Below are positions 49,621-58,404 of a stretch of 64,000 nucleotides of DNA, one piece after another; the stretch's first letter is position 1; every line of letters begins with the position of its first letter. The position numbers and the translations under genes were made by a program. The DNA is taken from the NCBI GenBank assembly GCA_030682575.1, contig JAUXNX010000014.1, positions 3,839-67,838 on the forward strand. The letters run 5' to 3'. The notes under the pieces were generated by a model that was not told the DNA's origin, did no database searches, and saw nothing but the letters and a program-made list of their open reading frames with translations. Source of the stretch: Gammaproteobacteria bacterium (GTDB taxonomy: Bacteria; Pseudomonadota; Gammaproteobacteria; Pseudomonadales; Pseudohongiellaceae).

Positions 49621-49716
49621 GATTTGTCTCTTCCGGTGATGTCCGGCAGTGTGGTCGCGCTATGGTTGCGGTGTGATTGTGCGCTTTGGTGGACAAGTGT
49701 AATCAATCGCAGGGGG

Positions 49717-51780
49717 TTAACGGAAGGAATCCAGTGTCAATTCTTCGTCCTGCACGAAGCTGAAATCCAGTTTGTCGGTCGGTTCCTGCAGGAAATTGCC
49801 CTGGACGAAGTTGACGTTTGCCTGCCATAGCAGCGGCAGAAGATTGATCTGATCGATCATCGGAGCTATGACCAGCAACCCTTTGGCATGCAGCGCGTTC
49901 ACGGTGGTGTTGAGCTTGTCGCGCTGTACAAGATTCAGACCGATATCTTCAAGCAGTGACTTGTCCAGCTTCACGTAGGCGGCGCTCTCGTGTGGAAGGT
50001 ACTTGAATGGCGTGAGCGTACAGCCGAAGTGGGTGATCGACAGGTTGATGCGTAACTGCTGCAGTTGCTGACAGAAACGATTGACCTCATCAGGTGAGCT
50101 GACGATGTCCAGTTCACTGATCTGCAGCACGATGTGGTTCGCAGTCTGGCGCTTCTCGTGCATGTGCTGTTGCAGCCAGGGAAGGAAGTCGGGGCTGACA
50201 ATGGAGTTATGTGTCAGGTTGACGATCAGTTGCAGGCTTGCATCATTGCGCTCTTGCAATACTTGCAGTGATTTTTCTGCGACCCATCTGTCTATCCTTT
50301 CTCCAAGGCCATGCTGATTGGCCAGTTCCAGAAAGCGCGGCGGATAGATCATGTACCCTTTGTCTTGAAGCCTGATGCGGACCTCATAACGCTGGACCTC
50401 ATCTTCCTTGAGACTGACGACTGGCTGAAAAACCAGAACGAAGTCTTCGTTCTCGAATGCGGCTTCCAATCGTTGGTACATCTGTTCAGGCGTGCCGTAT
50501 GGGTCTGCCGGGACATCTCCTCTGTTCTGCATGTCACGCATGGTAAGGCTGTGACGGGCGCGGGTAATGATTGTCTCTGCAGCAGGAGATACTTCGTTGA
50601 TGATGGCCAGTCCCGAGCTGATTGTGATCGTGCTGCCAGATGGCAGCAGCTTCTGCAGACCCTCTCCAAGACTGGCGCAGATGGTGTCGAGCAGTTTTTC
50701 ATTTCTGGAGCTGCGGGCAGTGTGCAGCAGGATCGCGAACTCGTTGTCGCTACAACGACTGAGTACAGAGCCTTTGGGGGCAGACTTGCCTAGCAGGCGC
50801 GCGGCATCGGTCAACAGCATATTGGCCGCCGGTCGCCCGGACAAGGTGGAAAATTCTTCGAAGCCGGTAATCATGATCAACAGTAGAACGCTGTTTTGAT
50901 GCTCATAAATAGCATCTGCTATGGCCTGATCGATACGCGCCAGCAGGCTGTTGCGGTTGAGCAGATTGGTCACCAGATCCTTGCTTTGCTGGGCTTTGAT
51001 CTTGGACTGCATCTCGATATTGCCGGTTGCAGGGCGCAGAATTACTTGCTGGCTGCGTTCATCTTCGTAAGGAACCACGGTGCATTCCATGGTCAGGCGG
51101 GTCCTGGAATCGGGACCGGTAATACCATGGAAGAGGCAACCCCTGTCTGCGTCTTGCGGATCACGCAGAAATTGCCTCACGGCTTCGACATCCTGTTCAT
51201 CCACAAGATCGAGAAAAGGCACGCTGCGAAGTTCGGCGCCATCGTGGTATCCAAAGAGACTCGCATAGGCTTGATTTGCGTAGATGTGTAAACCTTCGTG
51301 CAGGTAGCACACGGCGTCTGATGCGCTGTCCAGCAATAGTTGGTAACGCTGCTGCAATTCCCTCAGTGCTGCGCTGGTCTTGCGCTGGCATCTGCGCACG
51401 TCGAGATTGCCCAGTTCGCTCCGGGTAATGCTCACAAGCTGCGCGCATTGTTGTTGGTTCTGCAAGTTGCCGACGCAGGTGTTGAGAATGGTTTCCGGTA
51501 GTGCGCTGCCTTGTGCCACGCCAATAGCCAGTGCTGGTAGATCCTGATCCATTTCCCTGAGAACTGTGTGCAGTTGCTCCAGGGATATGTGTTTATTGTC
51601 GGCGAAAATGAAGAGCAGATCCCAGGTCTTGATATGCAAACGTTCGCGCAGATAGTCTTCATCGCGCACAGCTTCTGCGTGCACACTCAACCCCGCCTTG
51701 CGCAGCAGGTTGATGAGCAACTCGCCGTCCGCGAGAACGTCGGCAATAATCAACACATTGATAATCGGTTTTTGATCCAT
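49717..51780 (-). CDS. fimX: FimX-like degenerate REC-PAS-GGDEF-EAL c-di-GMP receptor protein
   Basis: 687 aa. The receiver-like N-terminus lacks the acidic pocket (VLIIADVLADGE). The PAS is followed by a degenerate GGDEF (SDNEF). The EAL has YEVRIRL in place of EAL/EVL, and THFG in place of DDFG. Domain order, length and position near parC match my recollection of P. aeruginosa FimX. Confidence 0.7.
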   Translation of the reverse strand: MDQKPIINVLIIADVLADGELLINLLRKAGLSVHAEAVRDEDYLRERLHIKTWDLLFIFADNKHISLEQLHTVLREMDQDLPALAIGVAQGSALPETILNTCVGNLQNQQQCAQLVSITRSELGNLDVRRCQRKTSAALRELQQRYQLLLDSASDAVCYLHEGLHIYANQAYASLFGYHDGAELRSVPFLDLVDEQDVEAVRQFLRDPQDADRGCLFHGITGPDSRTRLTMECTVVPYEDERSQQVILRPATGNIEMQSKIKAQQSKDLVTNLLNRNSLLARIDQAIADAIYEHQNSVLLLIMITGFEEFSTLSGRPAANMLLTDAARLLGKSAPKGSVLSRCSDNEFAILLHTARSSRNEKLLDTICASLGEGLQKLLPSGSTITISSGLAIINEVSPAAETIITRARHSLTMRDMQNRGDVPADPYGTPEQMYQRLEAAFENEDFVLVFQPVVSLKEDEVQRYEVRIRLQDKGYMIYPPRFLELANQHGLGERIDRWVAEKSLQVLQERNDASLQLIVNLTHNSIVSPDFLPWLQQHMHEKRQTANHIVLQISELDIVSSPDEVNRFCQQLQQLRINLSITHFGCTLTPFKYLPHESAAYVKLDKSLLEDIGLNLVQRDKLNTTVNALHAKGLLVIAPMIDQINLLPLLWQANVNFVQGNFLQEPTDKLDFSFVQDEELTLDSFR

Positions 51781-52150
51781 GCCGGCTCTGTCAGCGACTG
51801 AGTAAACGCCTGAATTGTCCCTTGGGCGGGGCTCCGGGTAGCAGAGGCGAGTTTAGCACAGTAATCCTGACCATCTGAGAAACAGATCACCTTGTTAAAC
51901 TTCAATATATCACGAAGAAAGGGGGTTGTTTTGCGGAGTGTGAACCAGTCCATGTATGATGGGCAAAGTCTGGTTGTAAGGGAGAGGCCGCGCATAAAAA
52001 TCCCGAATTGCGCTGATTTTATGACCCTGCTGCGTGTAAACTGCCAATGTCATTGCATTGGCAGTCCTGTGGATCTGCTACTGATTGTGGTGACCTGAAT
52101 GGATTTTTCAAAACTGGGTGTCGTGCCCTGTTGCCACGGGTTGAGGAAAT

Positions 52151-52492
52151 ATGCCTGATAACAATAATCGCGATAGCACGGATGACGATAGCAGGAAGCG
52201 GGAGGAAAGACAGATCAGATTGGATGACATTCGCCGGGCAAGAAACCGCTTGTTCGTCTGCTTCTGGACGTTTCCCGTGTACGTGCTGGCAGTGACACGC
52301 GTCCTCGATTCGGGAAATTCAACGAGCACCATCATGTTCGCCTACATGCTCCTGTATGCCTGGTTCGGCGTGAATGCATCGGTCAAGCGCTGCCCGGATT
52401 GTCACGAGCAATTCTTTGTGAAGAAATTCTTTCTGAATCCTTTCTCCGGGAAATGCGCACACTGTGGCATTGCCTTGAAAGCCCAGGGGTGA
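52151..52492 (+). CDS. Small membrane protein with C-terminal zinc-ribbon-like CxxC...CxxC (hypothetical)
   Basis: 113 aa. It has a charged N-terminus and two hydrophobic helices. The C-terminal motif is CPDCHEQF...CAHCG. Confidence 0.3.
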   Translation: MPDNNNRDSTDDDSRKREERQIRLDDIRRARNRLFVCFWTFPVYVLAVTRVLDSGNSTSTIMFAYMLLYAWFGVNASVKRCPDCHEQFFVKKFFLNPFSGKCAHCGIALKAQG

Positions 52493-52531
52493 GGAGTCTC
52501 TTTGGTAGTGGTGCCAACCCAGTGCCTGGAA

Positions 52532-53218
52532 TCAGTGGGGGCGCGCTCCGAAGATCGCCGTACCGATTCGCACAATGGTCGAGCCCTCCGCGATTGCTGC
52601 CTCGAAGTCGGCACTCATGCCAATCGATAGTGTATCCATTTGCGGATAGTGTATAGCGAGTCTGCCAAGCATTTCCGCCAATGGACGAAATACCTGCCGT
52701 TGTTGATCAAGGTCTGCACAAGGCGCTGGAATAGCCATCAGTCCACGTAACCGCAGGTGCTGCAGCTTGCTTATCTGTGTGCACAGCCCCTCTGCCTCCT
52801 CCAGGCTTGTGCCTGATTTGGTGTCTTCTGCTGATAGATTGATCTGGATACATATATTGAGAGGTCCTTTTGTGGCGGGCCTTTGCGCGTCAAGACGCTG
52901 AGCGATCTTGAGGCGGTCGACACTATGCACCCAGTCGAAATGCTCAGCGATATCGCGCGTCTTGTTGGACTGTATGGGGCCGATGAAGTGCCAGCGGATA
53001 CCTGGCAGGGGCAGAGTAGTAATCTTGTCCAGCGCTTCTTGGACATAGTTCTCACCGAAATCATGCTGACCGGCTGCATATGCCTCGCGTATCAGTTCCG
53101 GACTTTGAGTTTTACTGACAGCAAGCAAGCAGACGCTGTCTGCCGCTCTGCCGGACTGCTCCGCGCATTTCGTGATCTGCTTGCGAACTGTAGAAATGTT
53201 TTCTGCTATGCTTGCCAT
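52532..53218 (-). CDS. yggS: YggS-family pyridoxal-phosphate homeostasis protein
   Basis: ORF 52532..53248. The likely start is ATG 53218 (MASIAENISTVRKQI...). LLAVSKTQ carries the PLP lysine. FGENYVQE, WHFIGPIQSNK and LSIGMS are present. Confidence 0.85.
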   Translation of the reverse strand: MASIAENISTVRKQITKCAEQSGRAADSVCLLAVSKTQSPELIREAYAAGQHDFGENYVQEALDKITTLPLPGIRWHFIGPIQSNKTRDIAEHFDWVHSVDRLKIAQRLDAQRPATKGPLNICIQINLSAEDTKSGTSLEEAEGLCTQISKLQHLRLRGLMAIPAPCADLDQQRQVFRPLAEMLGRLAIHYPQMDTLSIGMSADFEAAIAEGSTIVRIGTAIFGARPH

Positions 53219-53288
53219 CGCTGCACTATAACAAAACAGCCGTGACATGGCATGACCACAACACTTTGAAGCAGGGGCCTACATCACC

Positions 53289-54323
53289 ATGGATATCACC
53301 GAACTACTGGGTTTCAGTGTCAAACAGGGTGCATCAGACCTGCATCTAACCGCCGGAATGCCGCCGCTGATCCGTGTTGACGGAGATATGCGCAAGATCA
53401 ACATACCGCCCATGGATCACAAGGAAGTCCACGGTCTGATCTACGAGATCATGACGGACAAGCAGCGCAAGGATTACGAACAATTCATGGAGACGGACTT
53501 CTCCTTCGAGGTGCCGGGTCTGGCGCGTTTCCGGGTCAACGCCTTCAACCAGAATCGCGGTGCCGCCGCTGTGTTCCGGACAATTCCTTCCAAGGTGCTG
53601 TCGATGGAACAACTGGGAATGGGGCAGGTCTTCCGCGATGTATCTGATCTGGCGCGCGGACTGGTGGTGGTGACCGGACCGACGGGCTCGGGCAAGAGTA
53701 CGACACTGGCCGCGATGATGGATTACGTGAATAACACCCGCTATGAACACATCCTCACGATCGAGGATCCCATCGAATTTGTCCACGAGAGCAAGAAGTG
53801 TCTGGTCAACCAGCGGGAAGTGCATCGAGATACCCTCGGTTTTGCAGAGGCACTGCGCTCGGCCCTGCGTGAAGACCCGGACATCATTCTGGTGGGCGAA
53901 CTGCGAGATCTGGAAACCATCCGGCTGGCGTTGACTGCAGCGGAAACAGGTCACCTGGTGTTCGGTACCTTGCATACCACCTCGGCAGCAAAAACCATCG
54001 ATCGTATAATCGACGTGTTCCCCGCAGCGGAGAAAGCGATGGTAAGATCAATGCTGTCTGAGTCGCTGCAGGCAGTAATCTCCCAGGCTCTTCTGAAGAA
54101 AAATGGTGGCGGTCGTGTTGCTGCGCACGAAATCATGATTGGCACACCGGCGATCCGCAACCTGATTCGCGAGGACAAGGTGGCGCAGATGTACTCTGCC
54201 ATTCAGACAGGTTCTTCCTATGGCATGAAGACGCTGGATCAGTGTTTGAAGGAGCTTGTGCAGAAAGGCACGATCACGAAAGAAGCGGCGCGCTCGAAGG
54301 CAAAAATGCCGGATTCATTCTGA
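53289..54323 (+). CDS. pilT: Type IV pilus retraction ATPase
   Basis: 344 aa. It has ASDLHL..G.PP..R..G and Walker A GPTGSGKSTT. It also has the Asp box TIEDPIEF, Walker B ILVGELRD and the PilT AIRNLIRE motif. Confidence 0.9.
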   Translation: MDITELLGFSVKQGASDLHLTAGMPPLIRVDGDMRKINIPPMDHKEVHGLIYEIMTDKQRKDYEQFMETDFSFEVPGLARFRVNAFNQNRGAAAVFRTIPSKVLSMEQLGMGQVFRDVSDLARGLVVVTGPTGSGKSTTLAAMMDYVNNTRYEHILTIEDPIEFVHESKKCLVNQREVHRDTLGFAEALRSALREDPDIILVGELRDLETIRLALTAAETGHLVFGTLHTTSAAKTIDRIIDVFPAAEKAMVRSMLSESLQAVISQALLKKNGGGRVAAHEIMIGTPAIRNLIREDKVAQMYSAIQTGSSYGMKTLDQCLKELVQKGTITKEAARSKAKMPDSF

Positions 54324-54336
54324 ATACATTAAACCC

Positions 54337-54356
54337 TTCGCTTGCTTGCAAGCGAA
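54337..54356. terminator. Hairpin between convergent pilT and ruvX
   Basis: ttcgcttg cttg caagcgaa is an 8-bp stem with a 4-nt loop in the 40-nt convergent spacer. Confidence 0.4.
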
Positions 54357-54363
54357 CAGCCGT

Positions 54364-54804
54364 TCAAGTAAACCTTGCAGCCAGTTCGTTGAACCAGGCT
54401 TCCAGAACCAGTTGGGCAGAGAGACAGTCCAACTGTGCTTCTGACTCTCCTCTCATTCGTTGCCCGCGCGCCTCGAAAGTGCTGAGTCGTTCATCCATTC
54501 CATAGCAGGGTTTTGCATAACGGCCATTCAGGCGATTGCCGAACTTGCGCGCGCGTACCAGCAGTTCGCTCTCGCTGTCATCCATGTTGTAGGGAAGGCC
54601 CACGAGGAAAGCATCCGGCTTCCAGTCATTCATCAGCTTGTCGAGCGCCTGCCAGTCAGGAATTCCATCTCTTGCCGATACCGACGCAAGCGCGGTCGCT
54701 GTTCCTGTCAGAGTCTGCCCGAAGGCGACGCCAATCCGTTTGGTGCCGAAGTCGAAACCCATCACGGAGAACTCGCGGGATTTCTTGACAGGGAAACTAT
54801 CCAT
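54364..54804 (-). CDS. ruvX: Holliday-junction resolvase-like protein RuvX/YqgF
   Basis: ORF 54364..54834. The likely start is ATG 54804. MGFDFGTKRIGVAFGQ is the YqgF signature. Confidence 0.8.
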   Translation of the reverse strand: MDSFPVKKSREFSVMGFDFGTKRIGVAFGQTLTGTATALASVSARDGIPDWQALDKLMNDWKPDAFLVGLPYNMDDSESELLVRARKFGNRLNGRYAKPCYGMDERLSTFEARGQRMRGESEAQLDCLSAQLVLEAWFNELAARFT

Positions 54805-54843
54805 ATCAGTGCAACGTCCGGTGAGAAAAGACACAAGGTACTC

Positions 54844-55446
54844 TCATGAATGCCCTGCAAAGGAAGAAAGCTGGCTCAGACTCACGCCCAGTATTGACGC
54901 GGCGGATTCAGCCTTGGCGGCGTGATCGGTAGAAAAGATGAGAGCAGGCACAGCGGGCACTGTCAGCCAGAAATTCTCGCTGATCTCTTTTTCAAGCTGG
55001 CCCGCTTCCCAACCTGCACAACCCAGTGCCACCATGTAATTCTCCGGCCCCTTGCCGATAGCGATATCCGCAAGAATGTCCTTGGACATCGAGAGACTGA
55101 GCTCACGGGTGACCGGCAGCGTGTACTCCCACTCGCGCCCGCTCTCGTGCAGGATGAAGCCTTTGTTCTTTTCAACGGGGCCGCCGCTCATCACGCGTTG
55201 ACTGTGGAAGATGATGTCACCGCGCTTCTGTTCTGTTTCAATGCCAAGCTCGGCAAGCAACTCTGCGACGCGCATGTTCGATGGCTTGTTGATGACGATA
55301 CCGAGAGCTCCATCGTCACTATGCTTCCACAGATAGGTGACGGTGTGGGCAAACCAGGGGTCGTCAAGATGCGGCATTGCGATCAGAAACTGGTTCGCGA
55401 GTGTCCCCGGTACTGCCTCGTATTCCATGTCAGAGTTCTGATTCAT
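54844..55446 (-). CDS. algH: YqgE/AlgH-family protein
   Basis: ORF 54844..55653. The likely start is ATG 55446 (MNQNSDMEYE...). LANQFLIAMPHLDDPWFAHTVTYLWKHSDDGALGIVINKP is the YqgE/AlgH signature. Confidence 0.8.
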   Translation of the reverse strand: MNQNSDMEYEAVPGTLANQFLIAMPHLDDPWFAHTVTYLWKHSDDGALGIVINKPSNMRVAELLAELGIETEQKRGDIIFHSQRVMSGGPVEKNKGFILHESGREWEYTLPVTRELSLSMSKDILADIAIGKGPENYMVALGCAGWEAGQLEKEISENFWLTVPAVPALIFSTDHAAKAESAASILGVSLSQLSSFAGHS

Positions 55447-55462
55447 GTCGGCTCGATTGTTC

Positions 55463-56335
55463 TCACTCGCTTGAGAATGAATTGCCACGATGAAAGCGCC
55501 AGGTGCGGATGATTTCCAGAATGTCCACATCAGCCTGTAATTCCGGTGGAAAGGGATCGAACGGAGCGGCAAGACTGACGATCTGTACTGCGGCCTCATC
55601 CAGCACGCGCTGTCCTGACGACTGCAAAATGCGAATCTCCTGCACGGATCCATTCGGGCGCAGTGCCACCAACATGCGCAGGCTGCCGAAAATTTCCTGC
55701 GAACGAGCCTGCTCGGGATAATTCAGGTTGCCGACAGCTTCGATGCGCTTGCGCCATGAATCCAGATAGAGAGCATCATGGCGCTTTTGTGTGGATGCAG
55801 AAGAGATTGTGTACTTGCGTGGTCGCTTGGCGTACTCCTGCTGTTGCAGGTCGAGTTGTGCCTGCAGGCTTGCAATCGCAAGGCTCAATTCTTCGGGAGT
55901 AGCCTGTTCGGAAAGGGGATTGTCGGTCTCTGGTGCATCTTCCTCCAACTGTTGCTCGATGCTGAGCTCCGCAGTGGTAGAAGTCAGCAGCGCGAGATCT
56001 GTCGGCTCCACCTGTTGATTGGGAGCGGGCGCTTGTGGAATTGGATCGACCTGTTGTATCACTTCGTCGTGAAACTCGGCTTCTATGGGTGTGCTCGGCG
56101 CTGCAGCCGTGTCGAGCGAACCACTGCCGGACTGATTTTCCTGGGCGATGAAGTCGGCCTGGTCCGGTGCGACGTCGCTGCGGTATTGCGCGAGAGTGAT
56201 CTCGATGGCGGGTGCGCTGTTGGTTTCTTCCAGAAAACTGAAGCCCACTCCCGCGATCAGCATGATGTGCAGACATGCCGACAGGAATATGGTGAAGCCG
56301 AATCGCTCCTTGCTCAGATCAGTATTTTGAGTCAT
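55463..56335 (-). CDS. tonB: TonB-family energy transducer
   Basis: 290 aa with an N-terminal TM (FGFTIFLSACLHIMLIAGVGF). A Gln/Glu/Pro-rich linker follows. The C-terminal TonB domain has YPEQARSQEIFGSLRMLVALRPNGSV.. and ILQSSGQRVLDEAA. Confidence 0.75.
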   Translation of the reverse strand: MTQNTDLSKERFGFTIFLSACLHIMLIAGVGFSFLEETNSAPAIEITLAQYRSDVAPDQADFIAQENQSGSGSLDTAAAPSTPIEAEFHDEVIQQVDPIPQAPAPNQQVEPTDLALLTSTTAELSIEQQLEEDAPETDNPLSEQATPEELSLAIASLQAQLDLQQQEYAKRPRKYTISSASTQKRHDALYLDSWRKRIEAVGNLNYPEQARSQEIFGSLRMLVALRPNGSVQEIRILQSSGQRVLDEAAVQIVSLAAPFDPFPPELQADVDILEIIRTWRFHRGNSFSSE

Positions 56336-56386
56336 GGGTCCTGGCTCATGGGCCTGGTAGTTTTCAGTGTAATGTTCTGCCCGGGA

Positions 56387-57355
56387 TCAACTTTTGTGGG
56401 AAAGCTTCTTCTCTATGCAATTCATCAGATCACCGGCGATGTCGAGATTATACGCCTTATTCAATTCGCGGACACAGGTGGGGCTGGTGACGTTGATCTC
56501 GGTGAGATAGTCGCCAATTACATCAAGCCCCACAAATAGCAAACCCTTCGCCTTGACAACATCGCGCACCTGACTGGCGATCCAGCGATCCCGATCACTC
56601 AACGGTTGTGCAACGCCGGTGCCGCCGGCTGCCAGGTTGCCACGCGTCTCTCCCTGCATTGGCACCCGGGCAAGTGCATAAGGTACCGGGTCTCCGTCAA
56701 TCAGCAGAATGCGTTTGTCGCCCTCGACGATTTCAGGAATGAAACGCTGCGCCATGATCGGTGTGCGGCCGTGCCCGGTAAGAGTCTCGATGATGACGCT
56801 GACATTTGCATCATCCTTCTTCAAGCGGAATATGGATGAGCCGCCCATGCCGTCCAACGGCTTGAAGATCACATCGCCATGTGTGGCATGAAACGCTTTC
56901 AGTACGGAAGGCTTGTTGCTGACCACCAGCGGCGGACAGCACTGCGGAAACTGGGTGGCGAAGAGTTTTTCGTTGCAGTCACGCAGGCTCTGCGGTTTGT
57001 TCACCACGAGACAGCCGGCGTTCTCGGCCTGCTCCAGCATATAGGTGGAGTAGACGTACTCGTTGTCGAAGGGCGGATCCTTGCGCATCAGAATCACATC
57101 GAGATCGCCCAGTGGTTGTTCGACCTGCTCTCCCAGAGTAAACCACTGCTTTTCGTCCCAGGCGACCGTCAGCGGGCGGGTCAGGCCCATCGCGACGCCA
57201 TCCTTCAGATAGAGATCAGACTGCTCCATGTAGTGGAGTTCCCAGCCCCGCTCCTGAGCAGCCATCAACATGGCGAGACTGGTGTCCTTCTTGTAGCTGA
57301 TGGTCTGGATCGGGTCCATTACGATGCCCAGTTTGATGTCCGGTCTGATGCTCAT
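56387..57355 (-). CDS. gshB: Glutathione synthetase
   Basis: ORF 56387..57433. The likely start is ATG 57355 (MSIRPDIKLGIVMDPI...). It has an ATP-grasp fold and GshB blocks (ILMRKDPPFD, NKPQSLRDCNEKL, AQRFIPEI..GDKRILLIDG). Confidence 0.9.
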   Translation of the reverse strand: MSIRPDIKLGIVMDPIQTISYKKDTSLAMLMAAQERGWELHYMEQSDLYLKDGVAMGLTRPLTVAWDEKQWFTLGEQVEQPLGDLDVILMRKDPPFDNEYVYSTYMLEQAENAGCLVVNKPQSLRDCNEKLFATQFPQCCPPLVVSNKPSVLKAFHATHGDVIFKPLDGMGGSSIFRLKKDDANVSVIIETLTGHGRTPIMAQRFIPEIVEGDKRILLIDGDPVPYALARVPMQGETRGNLAAGGTGVAQPLSDRDRWIASQVRDVVKAKGLLFVGLDVIGDYLTEINVTSPTCVRELNKAYNLDIAGDLMNCIEKKLSHKS

Positions 57356-57541
57356 GTCTATGCCTGTAGTTCTGAATGGATGAGGGGTTGCAAGGCAGAC
57401 CCGCGATTGTGGAAACAAGTTGGGGCAGATCATAACGCAAGTCGACGATCGTATCGACGCACGCGGTCGCGGGATTACCGAACGTGTGCTAAACCTTTAT
57501 GCAGGAGCGAGAATGTAAATCGGCAACAGGAGAAGTTCGAC

Positions 57542-58039
57542 ATGGATGCTCAAACAGCGGCGATCGACCCCGCGCTAGCCACACCTGCAGCGCTCGACAA
57601 GAATACCCACCATTCCCCCATCAAGGTGCTGCTCGTCGATGACAGTAAAACCATCCGCCACAGTGCCCGGCAGATACTGGAGGAGGCGGGTTGTCACATT
57701 ACTGTGGCAGAAGATGGCTTTGATGCACTGTGCAGGATTGCGGCGGTGCGGCCCGACATTGTCTTCATGGACATCATGATGCCGGGGCTTGATGGTTTTC
57801 AGGCCTGCGCGCTGATCCGTGCCAGTCCGGAATTCGGGACCACTCCGGTGGTGCTGGTCTCGGCCAATGACGGTTTGCTGGACCGCGCGCGGGCGGAGCT
57901 GGCTGGTGCCCGGCGTTACATCCTCAAACCGTTTCGCAAGAACGATCTGCTGGGCGCCATAACTGCGCTTGTCTCCCGCTCAGTGTGCAAAGACAAGGAA
58001 GATAAGGAGCAGGCCAGTGGCGCGCATCCTGGTGATTGA
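57542..58039 (+). CDS. pilG: PilG-like single-domain response regulator
   Basis: The long ORF 56879..58039 is antisense to gshB for most of its length. The credible start is ATG 57542, after aggagaag. The receiver has VLLVDDSKTIR, acceptor IVFMDIMMPGLDG, VSAND and ILKPF. Its position after gshB matches pilG in Pseudomonas. Confidence 0.7.
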   Translation: MDAQTAAIDPALATPAALDKNTHHSPIKVLLVDDSKTIRHSARQILEEAGCHITVAEDGFDALCRIAAVRPDIVFMDIMMPGLDGFQACALIRASPEFGTTPVVLVSANDGLLDRARAELAGARRYILKPFRKNDLLGAITALVSRSVCKDKEDKEQASGAHPGD

Positions 58040-58388
58040 TGACTCCCCGCTGCAAAGTCTATGCATGAGCCGCATCCTGCAGACGCTCAGCCACGACGTG
58101 TTATGCCATGCAGACTCGCAGCAGGCCTTGCAAGTCGTGAATCGTCAACAGGTTGATCTGGTGTTGGTCGAATTGCTCATGCAGACGGGCAATGGGTTCG
58201 AGACCGGGCTGTTATTGCGCGAAGCAGGCTATTCCACAGTAGTGCTGCTGACCGGCGTATACCGAGAAACTGACGAGATCTGGGCCCGAGCATTGGGTCT
58301 CGCCGGTGTCATTACCAGGCCGCAGGCACCAGAGCGCCTGCAAACCAGGATCAATTCGATATTGATGAAACAGGGTACTTGCCGGTAA
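58017..58388 (+). CDS. Atypical receiver-domain protein (PilH position) with Glu at the phospho-acceptor site
   Basis: ORF 57969..58388. The likely start is GTG 58017, 6 nt after aaggag. ARILVIDDSPLQ keeps the acidic pair. The acceptor strand reads DLVLVELLMQTGNG (Asp to Glu). The conserved Lys position reads VITRP (Lys to Arg). Confidence 0.6.
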   Translation: MARILVIDDSPLQSLCMSRILQTLSHDVLCHADSQQALQVVNRQQVDLVLVELLMQTGNGFETGLLLREAGYSTVVLLTGVYRETDEIWARALGLAGVITRPQAPERLQTRINSILMKQGTCR

Positions 58389-58404
58389 CAGCGGAGGGCG
58401 TCAG

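Noticed and set aside
40939-49716. The signalling island as a classical mobile genomic island or integrative element.
   Set aside because: I could find no integrase, transposase, tRNA/tmRNA attachment site or flanking direct repeats. It is retained only as a compositionally distinct accessory block.
56879-57541. An N-terminal extension of about 220 aa on the PilG-like ORF (track ORF 56879..58039).
   Set aside because: The extension is antisense to gshB and has no receiver-domain features. ATG 57542 is preceded by aggagaag and gives a normal-length PilG-like protein. The same logic trimmed ORFs 2966, 4527..5501, 12232..13701, 23191..24852, 38401, 41307, 54844..55653 and 56387..57433.
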